Positions 9,053 through 17,890 of a stretch of DNA of 64,000 nucleotides are shown one piece after another. Origin of the DNA: a virus (taxonomy: Duplodnaviria > Caudoviricetes). How positions within the stretch are numbered: position 1 is the stretch's first letter; each line of letters starts with the position of its first letter. The DNA is taken from the IMG/VR virus record IMGVR_UViG_3300024507_000173, positions 32,001 to 96,000 of that record; one strand, 5' to 3'. The notes beneath the pieces were generated by a model that saw only the letters and a list, made by a program, of their open reading frames with translations, made no database searches and was not told the DNA's origin. Position numbers and translations under genes: made by a program.

Positions 9053-9339
9053 TAGAATATTTTCAACCAACTATACAATGGATCAAAGATGATTGGGCAT
9101 CTAACCGTTTACGTTTTATTATTGAGCTCCTTGCTTGGGCTATCTCAATTGGATGTAGCATCACAATGGCTGTCACAGTACCCAATCCTCCACTCCTTGC
9201 TTTATATCCTATTTGGATCACTGGTTGTGCTATGTATGCTTGGGCTGCTTGGACTAGGAAATCTTTTGGGATGCTGGCTAACTACATCCTGCTCACCACC
9301 ATTGATAGTGTTGGGCTGGTAAGAATGCTAATTAGTTAA
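9049..9339 (+). CDS. Small membrane protein, about 3 TM helices
   Basis: Three hydrophobic segments; ATGA overlap. Confidence 0.7.
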   Translation: MIEYFQPTIQWIKDDWASNRLRFIIELLAWAISIGCSITMAVTVPNPPLLALYPIWITGCAMYAWAAWTRKSFGMLANYILLTTIDSVGLVRMLIS

Positions 9340-9357
9340 ATATAAGATAGATGGTAG

Positions 9358-9410
9358 GCTGGGCCATAAACCGCATTTTTGGTATTTGCAAGCCGTAAAT
9401 TGCATAGGAG
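9358..9410 (+). promoter_or_regulatory. Tandem stem-loops before the polymerase RBS (candidate translational operator)
   Basis: GC(T)GG-GCCATAAA-CCGC and TGCAA-GCCGTAAA-TTGCA, then AGGAG SD at 9406-9410. Confidence 0.6.
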
Positions 9411-9414
9411 AAAA

Positions 9415-12084
9415 ATGAGTTACGTTGACGCTTTCTATGATCGCGAGGACGATACTATTCGTGTCGTCGAGCGAAATGATAAAGGTGAAAGGCATTTTAA
9501 GGATTATCCTGCCAAACATCTTTTCTATTACTATGACCCTAAAGGTAAATTTCAATCTATCAAGGGTGAACCACTAAGCCGTGTAAGTTGTAAGAATGTA
9601 AAAGAACTTCGCAAAGAACTTGCAATTCATTCTAACAAAAAACTATACGAATCAGATATTAATCCAATCTTTCGTTGTTTAGAAGATCATTATCTAAACA
9701 TTGATGCGCCGAAACTAAATGCAGCCTACTTCGATATTGAAGTAGATTTTGATCCAGAACGTGGCTACGCTTCGCCTGATGATGCATTTATGCCAATTAC
9801 CGCAATTGCTGTTCACCTGCAATGGTTGGACACACTTGTATGTCTTGCTATTCCTCCAAAGACAATGTCAATGGAAGAAGCTCAAAAGGCTGTCGAAGAA
9901 TTTCCTAACACGATGTTATTTGACAACGAAGCAGATATGTTGGATACATTTTTAGATCTTATTCAAGATGCTGATGTGTTGTCTGGTTGGAACAGTGAAG
10001 GTTTTGATATTCCGTATACTGTAAATCGTGTTATTAAAGTTCTAAGCAAAGAGGATACTAAACGTTTCTGTTTGTGGGATTGTTATCCTAAGAAACGTGA
10101 ATACGAAAAGTACGGAAAGACTGCTGTTACATATGATCTTATCGGTCGTGTGCATATGGACTATTTAGAATTATATCGAAAATACACATATGAAGAAAGA
10201 CACACCTATCGATTAGATGCCATCGGTGAAATGGAAGTTGGTGAAAAGAAGGTTGCCTACGAGGGAACGCTTGATCAATTATATAACAATGACTTTAAAA
10301 AGTTTATTGAATATAACAGACAAGATACTGCACTACTTGACAAACTAGATAAGAAACTAAAATTCCTAGACCTGTCCAACAAGATTGCACACGAAAACAC
10401 AGTTCTGCTACAGACAACAATGGGTGCTGTTGCCGTAACTGAACAAGCCATTATTAATGAAGCTCACCGTCGTGGTATGATTGTTCCTAATCGTAAAAAG
10501 ATGGAGGAGCAAGGAGACACACAGGCCGCTGGCGCTTATGTTGCATATCCAAAGAAAGGCATCCACGAGTGGATTGGCTCATTAGATATTAACTCACTGT
10601 ATCCGTCTGCGATTCGTGCGCTGAATATGGGCCCGGAAACTATTGTAGGACAACTACGTGCAGATGGTACCAAAGCACATCTTGAAACAGAAATGGGCAA
10701 GGGTAAATCATTTGCTGCTGCTTGGGAAGGAATATTTGGATCATTAGAATATACTTCTGTTATGAACAAAGAAGTTGGTCGAGAAATTACCATCGACTGG
10801 GAAGGCGGCGGTAGTGATACCCTGTCGGCCGCACAAATCTATGATTTAATCTTTGAAAGCAACCAACCTTGGATGATCTCAGCAAATGGAACTATCTTTA
10901 CCTATGAAGTAGAAGGTATCATTCCAGGTCTGTTAGCACGTTGGTACAAAGAACGTAAAGAGATGCAGGCCAAACTTAAAGAATGCATCAAGGCAGGTAA
11001 TACTGTTGAAGAAGAATACTGGGATAAACGACAACTAGTTAAGAAGATTAACCTAAACAGTTTGTACGGTGCTATTCTTAACCCAGGTTGCCGTTTCTTT
11101 GATAATAGAATTGGTCAAAGTACTACGCTTACAGGACGTCAGATTGCCAAACATATGGCAAGTAAAGTTAATGAAATTATTACCGGAGAATATGATCACG
11201 TTGGCAAATCAGTGATCTACGGTGACACAGACTCTTGTTATTTTTCAGCTTATTCAACGCTGAAGAAAGACATTGAGAAGGGCCTTGTTCCTTGGAATAA
11301 GGAAAACGTTGTTGAACTTTATGACACTATAGGAGAAACTGTAAATGGTACTTTCGTCAAATTCATGCAAGATGCCTTCCACGTTCCAAAATCTCGAGGA
11401 GAGGTCATCAAAGCAGGTCGCGAGATTGTTGCTTCCAAAGGACTATTCATCACAAAGAAACGATATGCCGTGCTCTACTACGACAAAGAAGGAAAGCGGG
11501 CAGACGTCGATGGCAAGCCAGGCAAGATCAAAGCAATGGGGCTTGACCTCAAAAGGTCAGATACCCCGGTTGTTATCCAAGACTTTTTAAGTGACGTACT
11601 TACAAAAGTTCTTAATGGAGCTCCGCAAGAAGAAGTACTAGAGTTTATTACAGACTTTAGAACAGATTTTAAAACACGCCCAGGATGGGAGAAAGGATCA
11701 CCAAAACGTGCAAACAACATTACAGAATACGCCAGTAAAGAGAAGAAAGCTGGCAAGGCAAATATGCCTGGTCATGTTAGAGCAAGCCTTAATTGGAATA
11801 CGCTCAAACGCCTCTACGACGACAAATACTCAATGCAAATCGTCGACGGAGCAAAAGTCATTGTCTGCAAATTAAAAGACAATCCTATGGGATATACGTC
11901 AGTAGCATATCCTGTAGACGAACTACGTTTACCTCAATGGTTTAAAGATTTACCATTCGATGACGGTTTGATGGAAACTACTGTTATCGATGAAAAATTA
12001 GAAAACTTAATTGGAGTACTAGAATGGGATATCAGTTCTACTAGAAATGATAATACCTTTAGCAAATTATTTGATTTTGAGTGA
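9415..12084 (+). CDS. Family B DNA polymerase (T4 gp43-like)
   Basis: Exonuclease motifs FDIEV, GWNSEGFDIPY, YNRQD; polymerase motifs SLDINSLYPS, KKINLNSLYG, YGDTDS, KKRY. Start at ATG 9415 after AGGAG. Confidence 0.95.
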   Translation: MSYVDAFYDREDDTIRVVERNDKGERHFKDYPAKHLFYYYDPKGKFQSIKGEPLSRVSCKNVKELRKELAIHSNKKLYESDINPIFRCLEDHYLNIDAPKLNAAYFDIEVDFDPERGYASPDDAFMPITAIAVHLQWLDTLVCLAIPPKTMSMEEAQKAVEEFPNTMLFDNEADMLDTFLDLIQDADVLSGWNSEGFDIPYTVNRVIKVLSKEDTKRFCLWDCYPKKREYEKYGKTAVTYDLIGRVHMDYLELYRKYTYEERHTYRLDAIGEMEVGEKKVAYEGTLDQLYNNDFKKFIEYNRQDTALLDKLDKKLKFLDLSNKIAHENTVLLQTTMGAVAVTEQAIINEAHRRGMIVPNRKKMEEQGDTQAAGAYVAYPKKGIHEWIGSLDINSLYPSAIRALNMGPETIVGQLRADGTKAHLETEMGKGKSFAAAWEGIFGSLEYTSVMNKEVGREITIDWEGGGSDTLSAAQIYDLIFESNQPWMISANGTIFTYEVEGIIPGLLARWYKERKEMQAKLKECIKAGNTVEEEYWDKRQLVKKINLNSLYGAILNPGCRFFDNRIGQSTTLTGRQIAKHMASKVNEIITGEYDHVGKSVIYGDTDSCYFSAYSTLKKDIEKGLVPWNKENVVELYDTIGETVNGTFVKFMQDAFHVPKSRGEVIKAGREIVASKGLFITKKRYAVLYYDKEGKRADVDGKPGKIKAMGLDLKRSDTPVVIQDFLSDVLTKVLNGAPQEEVLEFITDFRTDFKTRPGWEKGSPKRANNITEYASKEKKAGKANMPGHVRASLNWNTLKRLYDDKYSMQIVDGAKVIVCKLKDNPMGYTSVAYPVDELRLPQWFKDLPFDDGLMETTVIDEKLENLIGVLEWDISSTRNDNTFSKLFDFE

Positions 12085-12092
12085 TTTCAAGG

Positions 12093-12121
12093 TTGATTTT
12101 TATTCACGATCTAAATATAAT
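12093..12121 (+). promoter_or_regulatory. Sigma70-type promoter with an embedded TAAATA late-like element
   Basis: TTGATT-17 bp-TATAAT; the spacer ends CTAAA, giving CTAAATA overlapping the -10. Confidence 0.6.
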
Positions 12122-12145
12122 CTTAATATACATGGAGATATCTAA

Positions 12146-12883
12146 ATGAAAGACATTTTACAAGACATTGTGTCACATACACAAAACCTAGGCTTTTTAA
12201 CCACAGTCAAAGTTACAGGCACAGAAGAAAAGACTACAATTAACTCAATGGCAGATGACCGTTCAGTTATTATGGATGCAGAAACTGCTAATCCTTATCC
12301 AGATATGATTGGTGTATTTGGTATGCCGCAACTTAACAAGTTGAAATATTTGTTAGATGGCAGCGAATACAAGGATGATGCAAAAATTACTATCACATCA
12401 GCAGAACGTAATGGTGAAACTATCCCCGTCGGTATCCACTTTGAAAACAAAGACGGCGATTTCCGCAACGACTATCGCTTTATGAATCAGGAAATCATCA
12501 ACGAAAAGATGAAGACTGTTAAGTTCCGCGGTGTTAAGTGGGATGTTGAACTAGAGCCAACCGTTGCTGCTGTACAGCGTTTTAATTTCCAAGCTGGTGC
12601 TAACAGCGAACATCCAACATTCCTTGCAAAAACTGACGGTGGCAATTTGAAATTTATCTTTGGTGATGCAAGCACACACGGCGGTGAGTTTATTTTTGCA
12701 CAGAACGTTGCAGGTAAACTGGATCGTGGTTGGACTTGGCCGGTGCTTCCAATCTTGAGCATTCTTAAGATTGCCGATGTCAACAACACAAAGATGAGTT
12801 TGTCAAATGAAGGTGCTATCCAAATCACTCTAGACAGCGGATTGGCAACATACAAATACATTATTCCAGCACAGGCGGCCTAA
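12146..12883 (+). CDS. Probable DNA polymerase sliding clamp (gp45/PCNA-like)
   Basis: 245 aa, alternating beta/alpha pattern, clamp-like C-terminus (GAIQITLDSGLATYKYIIPA), directly after the polymerase; GGAG SD. Inferred from size and context. Confidence 0.55.
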   Translation: MKDILQDIVSHTQNLGFLTTVKVTGTEEKTTINSMADDRSVIMDAETANPYPDMIGVFGMPQLNKLKYLLDGSEYKDDAKITITSAERNGETIPVGIHFENKDGDFRNDYRFMNQEIINEKMKTVKFRGVKWDVELEPTVAAVQRFNFQAGANSEHPTFLAKTDGGNLKFIFGDASTHGGEFIFAQNVAGKLDRGWTWPVLPILSILKIADVNNTKMSLSNEGAIQITLDSGLATYKYIIPAQAA

Positions 12884-13251
12884 TGATTAATAACGTTAGT
12901 AGTTCCAGCAAACATATGTATGCCGCAGGGGGAAGTTCGCTTCCCTATGTGTCATCTAATATGTCAAATCCTTCTCAAGGTATGTTGAGATTAAACGGCA
13001 GCGATATGGAAGTATTTGATGGCCATACGTGGATGAAGATTTATGCAGGGTCTGCAAACGTAGGCCTAAATAATGACGCAGAAAAAGCCATTGACTGGGC
13101 TATTAAACGTATGAAGCAAGAAGAAGAATGGTACAAGTTAGCAACAACTAACGAAGCAGTTCGCATTGCATTAGACCAATTAGAACAGGCAAAGACAAGA
13201 GTAGAACTTACAGCACATTTAGCGAGAGATTATGAAACAACAACCAGTTGA
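12883..13251 (+). CDS. Hypothetical protein
   Basis: 122 aa; GMLRLNGSDMEVFDGHTW segment and a C-terminal coiled coil. Confidence 0.65.
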   Translation: MINNVSSSSKHMYAAGGSSLPYVSSNMSNPSQGMLRLNGSDMEVFDGHTWMKIYAGSANVGLNNDAEKAIDWAIKRMKQEEEWYKLATTNEAVRIALDQLEQAKTRVELTAHLARDYETTTS

Positions 13252-14788
13252 TTTAACACCATTACAGAAAGACTATGCGGTTTACTTACCTGCTATTAGT
13301 TCTTTCTATTCTACATACGTTGCAAAACAACGTTTAGAAAAATTTATTCCAGACGATCGCGTTCCTCAAGGATTTGATCGCGGCATTGAAGGTATGAACT
13401 TCTTGAATCCAGAGCAAGGCTATTTTTATTACAAATATGCGTTGTATTCAGCAGGTCACGCACAGTTAGACATTAATAAAAGTATCACACAAGAATCTAT
13501 GATTCAACAACGTGATCGTAACGCTACTATGATATTAGGTGATTCAGGCGGTTATCAGATCGGTAAAGGTGTTATTAAGTTCGACTGGCAAAATTTTGAA
13601 GGCTCAGAAGCAAATAAAACTCGCGAAAAGATCTTAACTTGGCTAGATGTTACTGCTGATTGGTCAATGATGTTAGACGTTCCGACCTGGGCTTGTGACC
13701 ATATTCATAGTCCAAAGACAGGTTTAAAATCATTTCAAGATTGTTTAGATAAAACAAGATTTAACAATGAATATTTTATTCAAAATCGTTTAGGTGCAAA
13801 AGATGGCGGTACTAAACTGTTAAATGTTTTACAGGGTAGTAACTGGGAAAACGCAGAAGCGTGGTACCAGGGTGTAAAAGAATACTCCGATACTAGCAAG
13901 TACGGAGACAGAGCCGCAGAAGGATGGGCTATGGGTGGTGCTAATATGTGTAAGATGCCTATTACACTACGTAGACTGATTACTATGCGGTTTGACGGTA
14001 TGCTAGAAGGCAAGGATTGGATGCACTTCTTGGGTACTGCACAGTTGGACTGGGCTTGTTATCTAACAAGCATTCAGCGTCAAATTAGAAAGCACGTAAA
14101 TGAAAACTTCACAATTTCCTTTGACTGCGCATCACCTTTCATCGCAACAGCTCACGGATTGGTATATACTAACGCCCAACATACCAATAAGCGATTCTCT
14201 GTTATCATGGATAAAGCCCCGGACAATAAGAGTCTTGCCAGACGGCACGATATACCTTTTCCTTTCGAATCCGATTTTGGTCGCAGACTTACAGTCGCTG
14301 ATATTTGCCACTATGCACCGGGAATGTTAAACAAGATTGGTAAAGAAGGTAAAACTTCTTGGGATAGTTTTGCCTATGCTCTAATGATGGGTCATAATGT
14401 TGAATGTCACATTCGTGCTGTTCAAAGATCTAATAATCTAGCAGATATTGAATATGCAAGTCACAGACCAGATTGGAGACACTGGCGCAAGGTTAAAGAT
14501 GCAGATAAAAGTGATGAATACTCAGAATGGGTACCGCGCAACATTCTGTATTTTAATAGATTTGTTGAAGAATTGTTTGAACTCAAGACTAAAGAAGAAG
14601 CATTTGAAATGATTGCTGAAGCAGAACGTCTTGGATTTTTACAAAACTTAGAAGGTGCTCGTCTACGTGGTGGTGTTACTAACATTGTAGATAGTCTTTT
14701 TGATGAAGTCAAAGAAGATGGAACTGTTGAAGTTCCTTGGACTGACGACAGAGAAGACGAAGAGTTGGATAATTTAAAAGTTGAATAA
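13232..14788 (+). CDS. dpdA: TGT-fold DNA base-exchange transglycosylase (divergent DpdA-like)
   Basis: ILGDSGGYQ (TGT DSGG motif), MMLDVP, LNVLQG, GWAMGG, MHFLG, ISFDCAS; clustered with folE and queE. Confidence 0.75.
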   Translation: MKQQPVDLTPLQKDYAVYLPAISSFYSTYVAKQRLEKFIPDDRVPQGFDRGIEGMNFLNPEQGYFYYKYALYSAGHAQLDINKSITQESMIQQRDRNATMILGDSGGYQIGKGVIKFDWQNFEGSEANKTREKILTWLDVTADWSMMLDVPTWACDHIHSPKTGLKSFQDCLDKTRFNNEYFIQNRLGAKDGGTKLLNVLQGSNWENAEAWYQGVKEYSDTSKYGDRAAEGWAMGGANMCKMPITLRRLITMRFDGMLEGKDWMHFLGTAQLDWACYLTSIQRQIRKHVNENFTISFDCASPFIATAHGLVYTNAQHTNKRFSVIMDKAPDNKSLARRHDIPFPFESDFGRRLTVADICHYAPGMLNKIGKEGKTSWDSFAYALMMGHNVECHIRAVQRSNNLADIEYASHRPDWRHWRKVKDADKSDEYSEWVPRNILYFNRFVEELFELKTKEEAFEMIAEAERLGFLQNLEGARLRGGVTNIVDSLFDEVKEDGTVEVPWTDDREDEELDNLKVE

Positions 14789-14796
14789 GGCTTAAA

Positions 14797-15198
14797 ATGC
14801 GATCTCTATCTAGGAATCACGCTCCTAAATGTAGTTTACCCGGTTGCAATACTCAAGTAGGGTACCATAAAGGTTATGTTAAAAAAGATGGTACACCTAC
14901 CTGGAAATGGAAAACTTTTTGCAATCTTCATAGAACTGTGTTAAGGTTTGAAGTGGACGAATGGATGCAATCAAAAGGATGCGAAAACCAATCAGGATAC
15001 CTTGGATGGTTTTGTAGAGATCCGTATAGAAGTCTTACCATAGATCATCACGACGGTGATAAAGGCAATACATCTTCAGACAATTTAAAAATCTTGTGCG
15101 CAAATTGCCATAACGAAAAAAGTAAAATGTTTGGAGATCACAAAAAGAAATATTCTTATACAAATAAGATGTTCACAACTTTATTTGAAGAGGTTTAA
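14797..15198 (+). CDS. HNH endonuclease, free-standing homing-type
   Basis: LTIDHHDGDKGNTSSDNLKILCANCHNEKS HNH motif; N-terminal CSLPGC...FCNLH Zn-binding segment. Confidence 0.8.
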   Translation: MRSLSRNHAPKCSLPGCNTQVGYHKGYVKKDGTPTWKWKTFCNLHRTVLRFEVDEWMQSKGCENQSGYLGWFCRDPYRSLTIDHHDGDKGNTSSDNLKILCANCHNEKSKMFGDHKKKYSYTNKMFTTLFEEV

Positions 15199-15199
15199 T

Positions 15200-15382
15200 A
15201 TGTACGAAAATAGAATTAAGCACTTGGAAGAAGCACATCGTATGCTTGATAAAAAAGTAGACGATATGGAAAGAACAGGAATATTTGGGGAAGAGAATAT
15301 TCACGAACTTAAAAAGAAACGACTCTTTTTAAAAGATGAGATCGAAATGCTAAGGGCAAAACAGGCGGGGTTGGAAGAATGA
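15200..15382 (+). CDS. DUF465/YdcH-like small coiled-coil protein
   Basis: LEEAHRMLDKKV...ELKKKRLFLKDEI pattern; GAGG SD before ATG 15200. Confidence 0.7.
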   Translation: MYENRIKHLEEAHRMLDKKVDDMERTGIFGEENIHELKKKRLFLKDEIEMLRAKQAGLEE

Positions 15383-15549
15383 AATGCCAAACCTGTAATT
15401 TACAAATTCAACCAAATTGTGATTGGAATCAAGGAAGATGTCCGCATAGAGAACCTCTTTTGAGCTCAGCATTTCTTGACAATTATCATTTTAGATACTA
15501 TAATTTAATTCAGTCCATTAAAAGATTATTTGCTAAAAAGGAAAAATAA
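15379..15549 (+). CDS. Small Cys-rich hypothetical protein (56 aa, not in the ORF track)
   Basis: MKCQTCNLQIQPNCDWNQGRCPHREP...KKEK*; ATGA overlap with the upstream gene and fills the gap to 15552. Confidence 0.6.
   Translation: MKCQTCNLQIQPNCDWNQGRCPHREPLLSSAFLDNYHFRYYNLIQSIKRLFAKKEK
15476..15504 (+). promoter_or_regulatory. Perfect-consensus sigma70 promoter inside a CDS
   Basis: TTGACA(15476-15481)-17 bp-TATAAT(15499-15504). Confidence 0.8.
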
Positions 15550-15551
15550 TT

Positions 15552-16118
15552 ATGGCAACTTGGCCTTTTTCATCAGACGATACCTCACCATCATATAGTA
15601 GCGACGAAACTACAGAAAAGAAAGAACTTACCGCTTGGACTGTAAGTACATACTACAAAAAGTCTATTGAAGAACACGAACACTTTACTAAAGACGGACA
15701 AGAAATTATTCACAAAACTGGTTGGCGTGGAGGATCTTGGATTGTTTATACTAACGATGGAAACCCGCCAAAGTTTGAGTTTGATTATGTACCAGGCGGT
15801 GATGGATCTAAAGACAGCATAGATATTAACAACTGCTACTATAATAATATTGAAGAAGTTGAGCTCGAATCAACCTTTGACGGTTGTTGGGCAGACGTAG
15901 AATGGCCAGATGACATTGACGAAGATGAGCAAGCAGAAATTGAAGAAGCAATGGAAGAAGATGGCTATTACGATGCACTAGAAAGCAGAGATTGGTCTTC
16001 TAGTGATAGCGAAATGTGGATTTGGGGTCCTATTGTGATTGAAGGCGAAAACGGTTATCGTCGTATTATCCAAGCCGACGAAGATGGCAATGTTATTGAC
16101 TTTAAGGAAAATGAATGA
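15552..16118 (+). CDS. Acidic hypothetical protein
   Basis: 188 aa, D/E/W-rich; AAGGA SD. Confidence 0.7.
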   Translation: MATWPFSSDDTSPSYSSDETTEKKELTAWTVSTYYKKSIEEHEHFTKDGQEIIHKTGWRGGSWIVYTNDGNPPKFEFDYVPGGDGSKDSIDINNCYYNNIEEVELESTFDGCWADVEWPDDIDEDEQAEIEEAMEEDGYYDALESRDWSSSDSEMWIWGPIVIEGENGYRRIIQADEDGNVIDFKENE

Positions 16119-16648
16119 AGCGTGATTACACAGACGGAGTCAGCGAAGGTATTACATTCTTCACTGGTGTGGAGATTGAACGCACTCCTGCATTTGGAAT
16201 GAAGACCTTATTTGTTGTAGGTGTTCACGACCCATATGTTATTATGGAACTTGCACGTAATCATAACTGCAAGCATATCTATTTTGGTGCTAATCAAAGT
16301 TTCCAAACTAATGGCGTTAATGATGTAGAAACTTGGCGTCCGTGGGAAGATATGATCTACGTTTGTCTAGATGCAGAAGACGGTTTCTGGTGTACGCTTG
16401 ACTTTGATGTTAAGGAAACGGAAGGATTGCTCGAGAGCGGTTTAACCGAAAAGCGTAGATTTATTCCGCAGATTAGTGTAAAATTACCTTATATCAATCA
16501 ACTTGGTTATAATGCTACACTAAAGATCGACGACAAAGATTTTTGTGCAACTAACCCTGGGGTATGGTGCCATAACCTACAGGACCTTCTGGGAAGAGAT
16601 CGCTTCACAGATTGGGATCAATATGGCAAGGATGAAATTATTAAATGA
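16115..16648 (+). CDS. Enzyme-like hypothetical protein in the deazaguanine region
   Basis: GVEIERTPAFGMKTLFVVG, HIYFGANQSF and KIDDKDFCATNPGVWCH segments; alpha/beta pattern. Confidence 0.7.
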   Translation: MKRDYTDGVSEGITFFTGVEIERTPAFGMKTLFVVGVHDPYVIMELARNHNCKHIYFGANQSFQTNGVNDVETWRPWEDMIYVCLDAEDGFWCTLDFDVKETEGLLESGLTEKRRFIPQISVKLPYINQLGYNATLKIDDKDFCATNPGVWCHNLQDLLGRDRFTDWDQYGKDEIIK

Positions 16649-16998
16649 GTACTGGACAGGCAATAAACTATGCGACTGCTAAACAATCAGCTATTCGCCC
16701 TGCTCGCAGAGTAAAAAGGAAAGAAATGAAACTTACATTTAAACAGCGTATCCGTAATTGGCTCAATAGCGACAATGACGATATGGATGCAGTACCAACC
16801 TTGGCTGTAGAAGCTGATCGTCTTCAATCTGACGGTATTCGTTTACAGATTTACAAAGCCAGTGGTGGGTACGTTGTAGAGACTCGAGGTTACGATCGAA
16901 AGACTGATCGCAATCATAACACTATGCACGTAGTTACTGAAAATGAAGACCTAGGCGATCGCTTAAGTAAAATTGTTATGATGGAGGCAATGAGATGA
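16645..16998 (+). CDS. Hypothetical protein
   Basis: 117 aa, ATGA-coupled. Confidence 0.65.
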   Translation: MSTGQAINYATAKQSAIRPARRVKRKEMKLTFKQRIRNWLNSDNDDMDAVPTLAVEADRLQSDGIRLQIYKASGGYVVETRGYDRKTDRNHNTMHVVTENEDLGDRLSKIVMMEAMR

Positions 16999-17222
16999 GA
17001 CACCCTGATTTAAAAATTAAAGAATTTACAATTAAAGAAAATTCTGGATTCCGTATGCGTGTAGAATCTTGGGAGTGCGTTGCACCCAAAGGTCTATATG
17101 CTGTAAATTTTATTCAAGAAAGCCTAAATAAAGACGGTGATGTTGACGATACAAGTATCTACAATTTTCATCTAACTAAAGAGGAAGTCGGTGAATTGTG
17201 TAAAGGACTGTTATCAGTATGA
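16995..17222 (+). CDS. Hypothetical protein
   Basis: 75 aa, ATGA-coupled, GGAGG upstream. Confidence 0.6.
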   Translation: MRHPDLKIKEFTIKENSGFRMRVESWECVAPKGLYAVNFIQESLNKDGDVDDTSIYNFHLTKEEVGELCKGLLSV

Positions 17223-17608
17223 TTATTAGGCAAGACCAAAGACCCAATAAAATGATTTGGGTTACATTTCAAAAAGAGGGTATGCACAAATATCCAGCGG
17301 CTCTTACAGATTCTAGCCTTGCTACAGGTGACGAGTATGATGTTAGCTTCCTTGGCTATCCACATCGTCATATCTTTCACTTTAAAGTTTGGATTAGCGT
17401 AACACATAATGACCGCGATATTGAGTTTATTCAGTTTAAACGATGGTTGCAGAATCTTTATAAAGATGCTACACTTAGTTTAGACTTTAAGAGTTGCGAG
17501 ATGATGTCAGACGATTTGTATGACGCTATCTCCAATAAGTATCCAGGCCGCGAGGTTTGGATTGAGGTCTCCGAAGACGGAGAAAATGGTTCATTCATCA
17601 AATATTAA
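17219..17608 (+). CDS. T-fold QueD-paralogue, DpdL-like (putative 7-carboxy-7-deazaguanine decarboxylase)
   Basis: FLGYPHRHIFHF fits LxxxHRHxF rather than the QueD CxxxHGH motif; DRDIEF and KSCEMM...EVSEDGENG T-fold end. Confidence 0.65.
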   Translation: MIIRQDQRPNKMIWVTFQKEGMHKYPAALTDSSLATGDEYDVSFLGYPHRHIFHFKVWISVTHNDRDIEFIQFKRWLQNLYKDATLSLDFKSCEMMSDDLYDAISNKYPGREVWIEVSEDGENGSFIKY

Positions 17609-17619
17609 AGGAAAGTAAG

Positions 17620-17889
17620 ATGAAAAACTACAAGGACATCGATTACTTTGAAAGTCGTCCTGATGTTGTTAAGGTCTTTGATGACCTAGATGCGTATCTC
17701 GATTTCTGCAGATTTGAGTTGCGTGATTTTAATCCTGCAGATCTTTATCGCAAAGATTCTGCAAATTACCAAGCCTACTTGGCAAGTAAGCGTCCTCGTA
17801 GACCTTACCAAGGTAATAAGCCACGTTTTGAAGGTCGTAGTAATAACTACGAAGGTCGAAACAATAACTACGATCGCAGAGGTCGTTGA
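17620..17889 (+). CDS. Hypothetical protein with an R/N/G-rich tail
   Basis: AGGA SD; VFDDLDAYLDFCRF core; FEGRSNNYEGRNNNYDRRGR tail. Confidence 0.7.
   Translation: MKNYKDIDYFESRPDVVKVFDDLDAYLDFCRFELRDFNPADLYRKDSANYQAYLASKRPRRPYQGNKPRFEGRSNNYEGRNNNYDRRGR
17830..17871 (+). repeat. 21-bp imperfect tandem repeat, 2 copies, in frame
   Basis: GAAGGTCGTAGTAATAACTAC followed by GAAGGTCGAAACAATAACTAC. Confidence 0.75.
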
Positions 17890-17890
17890 T

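Noticed and set aside
9415-12084. Intein or intron in the DNA polymerase
   Set aside because: Length (~890 aa) and motif spacing are normal, with no splicing or LAGLIDADG motifs.
13232-14788. Calling this a tRNA-guanine transglycosylase for queuosine
   Set aside because: No C-terminal CxCxxC zinc site of bacterial Tgt is evident, it is highly divergent, and the phage context with folE/queE favours a DNA-acting DpdA.
17219-17608. Calling this gene canonical queD
   Set aside because: It lacks CxxxHGH and has LxxxHRHxF, so it is treated as a paralogue. It could still supply QueD activity.
17690-17890. 67-aa N-terminal extension of the glycosyltransferase in the ORF track
   Set aside because: It overlaps the 17620-17889 gene, which has its own SD; ATG 17891 has GAGG upstream and begins the GT-like sequence.
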